Of a DNA stretch of 64,000 bases, positions 29,274 through 38,621 are shown piece by piece. This stretch comes from a virus. The stretch spans positions 33,086 through 97,085 of the IMG/VR virus record IMGVR_UViG_3300027754_000060. One strand, given 5' to 3'. Positions within the stretch are counted from its first letter, which is position 1, and every line of letters starts with the position of its first letter. Below the pieces are notes generated by a model, which was not told where the DNA came from, did no database searches, and saw only the letters and a program-made list of their open reading frames with translations. The translations under genes were made by a program, and so were the position numbers.

Positions 29274-30980
29274 TTATATAGTGGGTGGATAGTTGGAAGG
29301 ATATGGATTCTGAGGCATAGGCATCGGCATCGATGGATTGGCTGGTACTGGGGCTGGTACTGGGGCTGGTACTGGGGCTGGTACTGGGGCTGGTACTGGG
29401 GCTGGTACTGGGGCTGGTACTGGGGCTGGTGGAACTGGTGGATTAGCACAAGGCACTTCTATTATTGGATCATTTTCCCTGATGTCTGCGTGTATCGTTA
29501 TTTCCGGAACAGAAGATATAAATCTAGATAAATTATTGACGCACGATGGACAAGATACTGATAATAGACTACTAGTCATTTCTGAAGCATTAGTATCTGT
29601 AGAAAGTAAGACTATCTCCAAATCAACATAAGGAGCAGAAGCCCTAGTAAATAGTCCACTTTCAACAACATAATTTAAAAGCCCCGGTGTTCCACTAGGA
29701 CATTTGATTAATGAGTCGCAAAATGTTAATTTTGTATTAACTCTTGCTCTATGAGCAGGAGTACTTTTTAGCAGTCCTGTTGCCTGTAATATTACTGCCG
29801 GATAATTTGATTGTTTACTTCTTATAGTGTAAGTATGGTCTTGATATATGTTCTCAATACCAATAAATATATCTGTGATACCTCCGGCTATAACGGTTTT
29901 ATTTTTTTCTTGACGAATAATAGCTGTAGCTGTTGCTCCTGCTCCTCCTCCTCCATCTACAATGACTGTAGGAGCAAACAAATAATTTTTCCCACCATTG
30001 TCCACAGTTATATTAAAATCCTTATTTGCAGTATTGAATAATGCCTTAGCTATTGCTCCTTCTCCTGAGCTATCTTCAGAAACTGGAACTATAGTCACGT
30101 TTGGAGCTGATTTATATCCAATCCCTGGATTTGTTAAAGATATATTTGCGACATAACCAGGAACAACTACCTTTAATTTTGGCAAGCAGTCCTGGCAATA
30201 TAGTGTAAATTGATCACTAATGGTTTCTATTCCATTATATGATATCGGCTGTATTCCTATTTGAAAAACGCCATATAAGTCTCTCGTATCATTTTCTGAT
30301 ACTGGTGGATTTTGAGTATAATTAATAACATTAGCTGATCCAGAAGGACAAGCTCCTGTAGAAGAACAAAAAGCTGCTCTTATATCAAGCTTTAATTGTT
30401 GACTAGATGGCCGGATTAATCCTGAGCCAGGAACCATTGTTATCGGCCAATTAGAATCTACCCCGTACACCTGATATTTATATGTCTCATATGCCTGTAA
30501 ATTATTAATAATCGGGGAAAAATTATAAGTATTATTCCCAGCTTCTTTCAATGTTGTGGTTAAAATACTATCTTTTTGAACAAATGGCAGAAATATATTA
30601 TCTGTGAATCCTATTACTGGAAATCCTACTGTTGGTATTTTTAATGGAATATAAGATATATCTCTTAATATAATATAGTATGATTGTTTAGGTCTTAATT
30701 TTTCGAGAGTAGAATCTGGGCTTGCTTTATAGGAATATCTATCATTTCCAGAAGAGTCTTTAGATAACGATCTTACTGTCCAAAATACCGGAATTTCACC
30801 AGCAATAGCACTACTAGCACCAAAAGACTGGGTAGCGTAAATAGATGATATTGCTTCTATAAATCTATTATAATCTGAAATTTTACCAATATCTCCAACA
30901 AAAGATGCTGGCATAGCCATTAGATCAAGTTCCTCAGAACCCGTATAGTACGTAATAAAAAATTGGCTAGTAATATTCAT
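29274..30980 (-). CDS. Virion protein with 2 'NWP' modules, a fibre-type beta insert and a (PAPV)n tail
   Basis: SNWP/SNYP modules; 'ITNPGxGYxxAPxV...GGGGAGATATA'-type repeats common in phage fibre/baseplate proteins. Confidence 0.7.
   Translation of the reverse strand: MNITSQFFITYYTGSEELDLMAMPASFVGDIGKISDYNRFIEAISSIYATQSFGASSAIAGEIPVFWTVRSLSKDSSGNDRYSYKASPDSTLEKLRPKQSYYIILRDISYIPLKIPTVGFPVIGFTDNIFLPFVQKDSILTTTLKEAGNNTYNFSPIINNLQAYETYKYQVYGVDSNWPITMVPGSGLIRPSSQQLKLDIRAAFCSSTGACPSGSANVINYTQNPPVSENDTRDLYGVFQIGIQPISYNGIETISDQFTLYCQDCLPKLKVVVPGYVANISLTNPGIGYKSAPNVTIVPVSEDSSGEGAIAKALFNTANKDFNITVDNGGKNYLFAPTVIVDGGGGAGATATAIIRQEKNKTVIAGGITDIFIGIENIYQDHTYTIRSKQSNYPAVILQATGLLKSTPAHRARVNTKLTFCDSLIKCPSGTPGLLNYVVESGLFTRASAPYVDLEIVLLSTDTNASEMTSSLLSVSCPSCVNNLSRFISSVPEITIHADIRENDPIIEVPCANPPVPPAPVPAPVPAPVPAPVPAPVPAPVPAPVPANPSMPMPMPQNPYPSNYPPTI
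29341..29430. repeat. Perfect 12-bp tandem repeat (gctggtactggg) x7.5 encoding PAPV
   Basis: Directly visible in the sequence. Confidence 0.95.
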
Positions 30981-31023
30981 TTTTTTGATTTTTATATGTT
31001 AAAAAGATTGAACTATAATGGTA

Positions 31024-31030
31024 TACACCA
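31024..31030 (-). promoter_or_regulatory. TGGTGTA candidate late-promoter motif
   Basis: Intergenic, 43 nt upstream of the ATG at 30980. Confidence 0.5.
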
Positions 31031-31042
31031 TACGAAAGACCC

Positions 31043-31897
31043 TTAATTTATTGGATAATTGTCCCCAGACACCCGACCTCCAACATATATTAGAGCAATA
31101 TCTGGGATATTAACCCGAGTATTCTCTGCTACAAACAATGATTTATTTTTAGCTGGAAGAATAACGCTAATATCTTGATCTGTTGGATCTGTTCTTATAA
31201 ATTTTAATGCTGTTTTACCGTTTAATATATATGTCCAATTATTTGATTTGTCTAATACTATATATTGTGCTTGGATTTCTCTCTTTTTTAATGTTGCTGG
31301 GTCTACACAACTAGTTGTTCTTGTAAAAGTATACTTATCGGATGATCCAGCAGTAGTGCCAGGGATATTTGTGGTAGTTATCGAAGAAGATAGTTCTATT
31401 TCTGACTCTCCAATAATAGTTAGTATGAATGTATTAGGAGGTATTCCCGGACCAGCCACTATCATTCCCACATCTAAACTATTTGTTCCTGTTGGCACAG
31501 ATAAGATAGAGTTACCATTTGGTCCTGATCGTCCAGTAACGATAGTAACGTTGTTGCTCTCAACAATATTCTGTGGAGCACAAACCACTTTATTATAGTC
31601 TGTATATAAAAGTACATTGTATTTATCTTTTACAGACATCTTGAGTAAAGTCTGAGTTTCTCCTCTGTGTACGGATCCTATCTTTATTCCCACTTTTCCT
31701 ATAAAGTTATTATCTGATATGATATTGTAAGATTTTGGAAAAACGCTGATGGTGCTAGGGGGACTAACTGGTAGAGAAGATTCTATGTCAAAATATACTA
31801 AATATTCATCTCTTCTAAGTAATGATTTTCCTGGTGATGGAAAACTTATAGATACTCCGCATTCGCATTCAGTTAAAGTAAAACTAGAGTTATTCAT
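31043..31897 (-). CDS. Tail-fibre-associated structural protein
   Basis: 'VGMIVAGPGIPPNTFILTI....IELSS' small beta-barrel motif recurrent in phage fibres. Confidence 0.5.
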   Translation of the reverse strand: MNNSSFTLTECECGVSISFPSPGKSLLRRDEYLVYFDIESSLPVSPPSTISVFPKSYNIISDNNFIGKVGIKIGSVHRGETQTLLKMSVKDKYNVLLYTDYNKVVCAPQNIVESNNVTIVTGRSGPNGNSILSVPTGTNSLDVGMIVAGPGIPPNTFILTIIGESEIELSSSITTTNIPGTTAGSSDKYTFTRTTSCVDPATLKKREIQAQYIVLDKSNNWTYILNGKTALKFIRTDPTDQDISVILPAKNKSLFVAENTRVNIPDIALIYVGGRVSGDNYPIN

Positions 31898-31906
31898 AAT
31901 TATTCC

Positions 31907-32476
31907 TTAGCTAGACTTTGCTGCGCATGACTCTTCAAAACATCTAATCGTAATAACTTGTTCTGATACTTTTTTATTATCTAAAAGTACAGTAAATTTA
32001 AATATGCTTATATTGTCACTTAGAGCTATGCTTAGGTTAATAGGAATTTCTGCTTTTCTATCATATACGTCTGGATCTTCTTTCTTTATTTTTGGAAGAG
32101 TGTATATTGAGAATTGGGGGGACAGAATAGAAATACTCCCAGCCGTAGTATTTTCTGTTAATTCTATAAAATCAAATGTATAATTCGCTGGGGCATCTTT
32201 TAAGTTCGTAACATCAGCAAGCAATGTATCTCCAGCACAACAAAAGCTCGATAATATATCTGTTATTTTTTTTGAGTTATGACTAAATCCAATTACTGGT
32301 ACGGGCTCAAAACAAACCTTTTGACTAATCCATTCAACGACAGACCCATTAGTAAGTTTACTATAAAGCTTTCCAGTTGAACTATTAATAACCAACTCAC
32401 CCACGTCCAGTTGATCTGCATGAGGAGCTGATTCCGTCTGGTCATCTCTTTTTAATAATAATTTCATACTGTGCAA
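31907..32476 (-). CDS. Fibre protein with Mtd-N/hyaluronidase-type N-terminal attachment motif
   Basis: 'LLLKR...P....LDVGELVINSSTGKLY'. Confidence 0.6.
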   Translation of the reverse strand: MHSMKLLLKRDDQTESAPHADQLDVGELVINSSTGKLYSKLTNGSVVEWISQKVCFEPVPVIGFSHNSKKITDILSSFCCAGDTLLADVTNLKDAPANYTFDFIELTENTTAGSISILSPQFSIYTLPKIKKEDPDVYDRKAEIPINLSIALSDNISIFKFTVLLDNKKVSEQVITIRCFEESCAAKSS

Positions 32477-34878
32477 ACTCCTGTGAATAATATAGATCCA
32501 AAATCCCAGTTACTCAAAACATCTTTTATCGCTTCGTCAACCTCTTCGTCTAATAAAGAATTCCCACCACTTCTAACAAAAGCATATGCACTTTCTCCAG
32601 AATCATTAATAGCAGATACTCGGTATAGATAATCTATATTATTAGATAGGCCATAAATAGTTTCATATGTATTAATTATTAGACTGCTCGAAGTATTATA
32701 GTTGACCCAAGATATACCATCGTTTTCGGACTCTTCTATGATGTATCCAGATACTGCGGAAGATCCAGCAGAAGTTGGTGCTGTCCAAGACAAAGCTATG
32801 TCTGATGTTGATTCTCCGAATGTTCTTGTCTGAGAAATGTCTTTAGGGCACTCTGGAACAGATTCATTAGAGATCATTGAAATAGAAGCTTCTGATGGAT
32901 TACTAATGCCAACAGCATTTTGAGCACTTACTCTAAATAAATAATTGACAGATGCACCCAACCCTATAACGGTACAAGATGTTTGATTCGCTATTCCTCT
33001 TAATATTAAATATGGTCCTTGTGGGAGAGTTGTCCAAGTACTTCCACTATTGGCTGAAAACTCAATAATATAGTTAACAATTTTTTTACCACCATCAGAA
33101 CTTTGGGTCCAACTGATACTAAATTCATTATGTCCAGATACTAATGAAGAAACATTTGTTGGGGATGGCGGAGCTGTTGGATTTATTGTTGGTTTTCTAG
33201 AAATAATTTTTCCATCAGAATTAATTGTTAATAAAGCATTTACGACATATTCACTAGATATTGTTATTCCTGGTTTAGGAGTTATATATAGTTCTTTTGT
33301 TATCAAACTATCAGTATATGTTGATCCATTTACGGTCAATGAAGAATAAGAAGAAAGCAAATTACCGGCCGTTTTATTATTTATACTAGCCATGACATAT
33401 GGGGTTCTTGTATTTATGCAAACTTTTGGTGATTCATCTACATGATATCCTATTGGGAGCAACTTCTCTCTGTCTGAATATCCTGTTAAAATTACTCCAG
33501 TCATACTCCCGCTAACAGCGTTGTTAATATTCGAGTCGATTAGAAAAGCTGGAATCAAACCAGTATTATTACCACTGCCATCTAACGAAAATAAATTAAC
33601 GTCATAATTCCCCCTAGTTGTGGATTTATATCCATATATTGAAAAATCGATATTCTCTGCTAACATATTGAAAGATGTACTAGTGTTAGGACGAGTACTA
33701 ATGTGATTAAGAGTATTGGGCTTGAATGTATTAGCGTCCGCATTATTAAATGGACCGGGTCCACAACCCCATTTGCTAGTAGCGTCAGGCTCTAACTGCA
33801 TAGAAAGATATCCTCCTTTTTTAACAGAAAAAGCATAACCATTAACACAAGTAACTCCAGCAGGAATCACAGAAGTGCCTATGTCTGGACAGATGAGCAT
33901 GACATATCCAGGATTCGAGTCACCATTAGCATCCGTAAAAGCATTTGTGGACTCGAAGATTGAAGCAAAGGAAGTGCTTGGGTCTGGCTCGTCCGCTGGG
34001 AATGTTATACTAACAGCAGCTTTTACATAAGTAACAGCAAGAGTATCTGCTTTAATAATAGCTATTGTGTCGCCTAAGGAAAATTCTTCGTCTAGTGTAT
34101 CTAATGTAAATCCAGCATAGTCATCGGCTGATCCTAGGAGAGCCCAGGTTGGTTTGCTTCTGTAGAAAATTATTCTATCCTCAAAAATACTTATTGCTCT
34201 TTTTGGATATCTATTCCATTTTACTCCTTCTGCTTTTAGATATACTGCTGGCATCCATGCTGCTGGTCCACTTCCTTGGTGAGTTAAGATAGTATCTTTA
34301 TAAGAACTAATATTCGCCCCTATTTGAATGTTACTAACTGTTAAATTTGCCCCACTAATATTAACTTCTGCAGGTATTATTGAACCCTCAACAGTTTTTT
34401 GGGGAATATATTCAACGGGTGAAAATATAGCTAGTTCTCTTGTTGGGTTTGCAGTACTACCTCCATCACTAACAAATATGGGCCTATTAACAGTTACATT
34501 TGGCATAGTTAGCTTGTTTATTCCAGTATTAACAATGAATGTACTGTTAGTATTTACTGTTTGATTATCGACTTTATATACCAAAGATCCAGTTGTTCCA
34601 GGATATTGTGTTAGTATATTCCCGGCAGCATCTATTTTATTTAATTGTTGAGTAAAAAGTTTTTGCACTATCATTCCACTAGCAGTCACATATCCAGGAG
34701 TTATTAGTTCTATTCCACTGTTTGATACAAGATGCATTTTTCCACTAGCTGCAAGACTAACATAATCGCTGCTAATTATATCATAGTATGTACCATCTAC
34801 TTTTGGATTGTTGGTTGATATTGTAACTCCACCCCATCCTGTAGGGCTCATGACATTTGACCAGATTGGCGTAGGCAT
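32464..34878 (-). CDS. Tail fibre/adhesin with two C-terminal fibronectin type III domains
   Basis: 'PPSPTNV..ISW..SSDGG..IVNYIIE..Y.FRVSAQNAVG.S' and 'LSWTAP..GS.AVSGYIIE..YLYRVSAIND.G.S'; preceded by AAGGA. Confidence 0.8.
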   Translation of the reverse strand: MPTPIWSNVMSPTGWGGVTISTNNPKVDGTYYDIISSDYVSLAASGKMHLVSNSGIELITPGYVTASGMIVQKLFTQQLNKIDAAGNILTQYPGTTGSLVYKVDNQTVNTNSTFIVNTGINKLTMPNVTVNRPIFVSDGGSTANPTRELAIFSPVEYIPQKTVEGSIIPAEVNISGANLTVSNIQIGANISSYKDTILTHQGSGPAAWMPAVYLKAEGVKWNRYPKRAISIFEDRIIFYRSKPTWALLGSADDYAGFTLDTLDEEFSLGDTIAIIKADTLAVTYVKAAVSITFPADEPDPSTSFASIFESTNAFTDANGDSNPGYVMLICPDIGTSVIPAGVTCVNGYAFSVKKGGYLSMQLEPDATSKWGCGPGPFNNADANTFKPNTLNHISTRPNTSTSFNMLAENIDFSIYGYKSTTRGNYDVNLFSLDGSGNNTGLIPAFLIDSNINNAVSGSMTGVILTGYSDREKLLPIGYHVDESPKVCINTRTPYVMASINNKTAGNLLSSYSSLTVNGSTYTDSLITKELYITPKPGITISSEYVVNALLTINSDGKIISRKPTINPTAPPSPTNVSSLVSGHNEFSISWTQSSDGGKKIVNYIIEFSANSGSTWTTLPQGPYLILRGIANQTSCTVIGLGASVNYLFRVSAQNAVGISNPSEASISMISNESVPECPKDISQTRTFGESTSDIALSWTAPTSAGSSAVSGYIIEESENDGISWVNYNTSSSLIINTYETIYGLSNNIDYLYRVSAINDSGESAYAFVRSGGNSLLDEEVDEAIKDVLSNWDFGSILFTGVCTV

Positions 34879-34904
34879 ATATTGTCCTTATTATATAAAA
34901 TATG

Positions 34905-37900
34905 TTAGGTGGGCTTGATGTCTGCAAAAAAGTTAGTGCAATTATTAGTATCTTCATTCCGCTCTTCACAATCTTCACAAAGAGCAGTATTAATGTTAAT
35001 AGTTTTTCTGCCAATACAAGGAGGAAAAATCCCAATAGAATTTCCCTGACGGTCACGATTTTCGAAAAGAGCTATGAGTATTTGAGCCATTATCTCAGCA
35101 TCTGTTAGACGATTATCTCCAGTAAGTTTTGTTGTATTAACTCCCGTGTCCCCCACCACTATCTGGTCCGTCTGCTCCACCACCTCATCCATTTCCGTGT
35201 CCGTGTCCACCACTGTATTTCTATTTGGGTTTACAAATGTACCGGAAGGTAGAAATTCAGCTAGGCTTTTAGGAGACAATACAGTTCCGTCTCCTATAAC
35301 TATATGATCAGCATATAGCCATCCTCTAACACTGAGATTTGCAAAAGTTGTACCAGGTTGACCCGCTGCATTTATTCCAGCAGAAACCGGATATGGATTA
35401 TCCCTTTTTATCATTACAGAAGAAGATCCCGTAGATATTAAACTAGTTCTTGGCTCAAAATATGCTGCTTTGTGCCACTCATTAATATTCGGTAGCCAAT
35501 ATTTTTGATAAGTATTTTTATTGATTAAATAAGAATTGTTTCCAACATCAAGAATATCATATGCCCCATTATTAATAGTGCTATCAATATAGGCAATATT
35601 ATCCACTGATAATATGGCTCCGTTGTGCAACCAGTTCATATACTTAATACTGTTTAGATAATTAACAAATACAACAGGCTTATTTCCCATATTGGCTTTA
35701 ACACTATAAAAATATGGATTACCAGTTCTTGTTATTCCTCCGATACTGGAGCTAGACATAGCTGGATCATATAAAGATCTATCGTTACCAGTATCAGTAG
35801 CAACAGCATTTAAGAATCTAACATATTGACTATTAGTAACTTCATACTTTCCGATACGATAGTTTTTTGCTACTACTCCCAAGTCATCTGCTCCATAAGC
35901 AGCATAAGTATTGTCTGAGTATAAGTACAAATTAGTTTCATCTGGCAGATTGTTGACATTTGTAACATTGGTAAATTCTAAGTTTAGGCCTGTGGCCGCA
36001 GAAATATGCGCGATGTCCGTGATGCCATATTGGGCAGCTATTCTAAAGCCTATATTTTCATACCCACTGTTTCTTACAAAAGATGTTATATTTCTTAAAC
36101 CTGTAACTCCTATAGAATTATCTAAACCTGTTTTCCATGATCCGCCAGCTGCGAATTGAGACAAATTAGTTGAGCTGGAAATAGAGTCTTCGATCCACTC
36201 AGCAGCATTTCCGTTCTGATCATAAGTGCCGTAGTATGATGGTAAACCATTGGTTCCAACTGATGTTACCATTCCAGAAAAAGTGCCAGAGGCAATATTT
36301 AAAAAGTTTACTGAGGGATTTTGAGAGCTAACTCCTGATCCACCAGAATTAACAATTATAGCAAATGGTGGGATATCGGTGGCTGAATAAGAAATTTCAC
36401 ACGGTTCGCATTGAGGTTTTTGAGTAGCGAAAACATGATACGTCCCAGAAGGAACTGTTGATCTTCCAACATTTGCCTTTACAGATATTGCTGGACTACC
36501 ACCCAAACCATAAACAGAAAAATTAATATCTTTTTTCAATGTATTAAATACTGTATCTGTTTCTGGTCGAATACTAATTATATTGGTGGTGGCAGTAGAA
36601 ATATTTCCCACGTCTGATAAATTTTTCTTAATTAATAAATAGCCACCCTTTGTTACAGATAAGATAGTAGCTGGAACAATAGTATTCGTTGTTACGTTTT
36701 GATTTAATAACATCGATGAAATAATTCCATTACTAATATCTAGACTAGCAATATCTCTGTACTCGGTAGATCCACTCATAACTATAGAGATTTGATCTCC
36801 TACAGAAAATTCTGCTACTGGCACAGTTTCATTAAGGGTTACTTGTCTAAGAGCTATAGATGCAGATCTACCAGAATAAGTATTCCAGGTTATGTCTTGA
36901 TTTGTCAGAAAATAATCATCGACATCATAAATGCCTGTTATGGCTCCGTAAGTAGTTGTGCTCAGTATCTTATTGGCTGGTATCGAGGTTCTGATGGTCC
37001 CATTACTATATGATAAGCCACTAGCAGCAGAAATCTTATTGGCTGAATTAATTACTAAGATACTACTAGGAGCTATTGAATTCATAGTAATATCAGATGA
37101 AACTAATTTAGTTACTGTTAATGTACCAGCACACGCTAGAGCAGGGTCTGCTCCACTACCTAAACCTATAGTGCTTGCGTTTAAAGTAATAGTTGGAGAG
37201 TTAACTGTCAGTCCAGAAGATGTTATGGTCGATGACGATGAAGAAAATTGTATTTTACTATTATCGTATCCGAGAGAAGTATTTCCATCTTTTTGAATAG
37301 TTATATTATTACCTGAATACCCAAGAATAGTACTATCAGCATTAGTTTGAAGAGTTTTTACTGCTGATGATCCAGAAGACACAATAATGTTTAGTTGTCC
37401 CTTTGTTAAATCAGTACTATAAGCTATCGACTCTATTTGTGAATAATCTATTTTATTTCCAGCAGAATTTTTAGCAGACAGATTGATTCGTGAAACAACA
37501 TCATTATTAGAAATGACACCAGTAGGCTTATGATACAATGTCATATTTGCTGGATGACAAGCATTTCTGTTTTCTAATCTAAATCCTTCTTGGCAGATAG
37601 TATTCACAACATGAAAGATTGTGCTGGGTCTTGATCCAGATGGAATATTTAATCCTAATCTTCCATCATAAGAAAAGAATAAATTGCGGTTTCCACTACC
37701 ATTAACAATAAAGTCGCTGTTCTGTTTTGTATTGTTGAATATTGTGGGACTATCACCAGAAATAGGTATAATAGTTCTTGCTGTTCCAGAAACAGATGAT
37801 CCCAAAAACAAAAGACTATTATTGTTGCCCGAACTCAAATATATGGGGGCTGATCCTAATGCCCCATTATTATTATATTGTAAAGCTTGATAGTCTCCCG

Positions 37901-38594
37901 TGGGTTCAGACATTATGCTAAAGTCCATTTGTGGAGGATCATTACCATCTGATTCTGATGACAAAGAAGATATGCTAAAATTAGAATTACTAACAATATT
38001 TTCAGTTAATATCTTCCAAGAGTTTCCATCACATACAAACTTTATATAATTTTTATTATTTTTTAATATAGTCATAATATGACCAATATCGTCCCTAATA
38101 ATCACAGAGTTATTACCACTCATGGATTTTATTTCAATAACTAAATTTTCAGACAAATTACTAGGGGGCAATGAGGTATAAATATCTTGTGATGAAGAAT
38201 CCACTAAAAAGGTAGACTGAATAGGTTCAATAATAAAATCTTTATCTTTAACTATAATATTATTAAAACCAGTATTAAAATTACTAATATTAGCAAATAT
38301 AAAAAACTCACAATTTGACCCAATAAAATTTTCTGGTTCATTATTATTGGAAGATAAGACTATCCTGTGTCTAACGGCTATTATTTGTCCATTATTATCA
38401 TAACTTACTTTTGCTACTCCAACCTCATTCTTATTAGAGCTAGTTTGTCTTGCTAAATAAGGTATATAATATCCTATATGTTTTGAAATTAAAGGATTAT
38501 ACCCAGATATAGTATTGATCTGTGAAAAAGACCCGTCTATAATCTTAAAATTAAAGCCTATAGTATCAAATATTTGCGTTATAATAGAGTTCAT
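34905..38594 (-). CDS. Tail fibre protein carrying a circularly permuted FGE-sulfatase (C-type lectin fold) domain
   Basis: Fibre-like motifs 'GRLGLN.P' and 'DFIVNG'; FGE motifs YGTYDQNGNAAEW/GGSW/GFR followed by YRIGKYEVTN/PVVFV/LPNINEWHKAA. Confidence 0.8.
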   Translation of the reverse strand: MNSIITQIFDTIGFNFKIIDGSFSQINTISGYNPLISKHIGYYIPYLARQTSSNKNEVGVAKVSYDNNGQIIAVRHRIVLSSNNNEPENFIGSNCEFFIFANISNFNTGFNNIIVKDKDFIIEPIQSTFLVDSSSQDIYTSLPPSNLSENLVIEIKSMSGNNSVIIRDDIGHIMTILKNNKNYIKFVCDGNSWKILTENIVSNSNFSISSLSSESDGNDPPQMDFSIMSEPTGDYQALQYNNNGALGSAPIYLSSGNNNSLLFLGSSVSGTARTIIPISGDSPTIFNNTKQNSDFIVNGSGNRNLFFSYDGRLGLNIPSGSRPSTIFHVVNTICQEGFRLENRNACHPANMTLYHKPTGVISNNDVVSRINLSAKNSAGNKIDYSQIESIAYSTDLTKGQLNIIVSSGSSAVKTLQTNADSTILGYSGNNITIQKDGNTSLGYDNSKIQFSSSSSTITSSGLTVNSPTITLNASTIGLGSGADPALACAGTLTVTKLVSSDITMNSIAPSSILVINSANKISAASGLSYSNGTIRTSIPANKILSTTTYGAITGIYDVDDYFLTNQDITWNTYSGRSASIALRQVTLNETVPVAEFSVGDQISIVMSGSTEYRDIASLDISNGIISSMLLNQNVTTNTIVPATILSVTKGGYLLIKKNLSDVGNISTATTNIISIRPETDTVFNTLKKDINFSVYGLGGSPAISVKANVGRSTVPSGTYHVFATQKPQCEPCEISYSATDIPPFAIIVNSGGSGVSSQNPSVNFLNIASGTFSGMVTSVGTNGLPSYYGTYDQNGNAAEWIEDSISSSTNLSQFAAGGSWKTGLDNSIGVTGLRNITSFVRNSGYENIGFRIAAQYGITDIAHISAATGLNLEFTNVTNVNNLPDETNLYLYSDNTYAAYGADDLGVVAKNYRIGKYEVTNSQYVRFLNAVATDTGNDRSLYDPAMSSSSIGGITRTGNPYFYSVKANMGNKPVVFVNYLNSIKYMNWLHNGAILSVDNIAYIDSTINNGAYDILDVGNNSYLINKNTYQKYWLPNINEWHKAAYFEPRTSLISTGSSSVMIKRDNPYPVSAGINAAGQPGTTFANLSVRGWLYADHIVIGDGTVLSPKSLAEFLPSGTFVNPNRNTVVDTDTEMDEVVEQTDQIVVGDTGVNTTKLTGDNRLTDAEIMAQILIALFENRDRQGNSIGIFPPCIGRKTININTALCEDCEERNEDTNNCTNFFADIKPT

Positions 38595-38621
38595 TTATAT
38601 CCCTAATTTTTTTTTATAGAT

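Noticed and set aside
29341-29430. CRISPR-like array
   Set aside because: The units are contiguous with no spacers. No repeat-spacer array or cas gene is seen anywhere in the window.
29267-29631. Alternative-frame ORFs encoding (QPQY)n and (GTGA)n
   Set aside because: By-products of the stop-free 12-bp tandem repeat inside the 568-aa gene.
35455-36320. Diversity-generating retroelement targeting the FGE/CLec domain
   Set aside because: No reverse transcriptase, Avd or adenine-mismatched TR/VR repeat pair is visible in this window. A DGR acting from elsewhere in the genome cannot be excluded.
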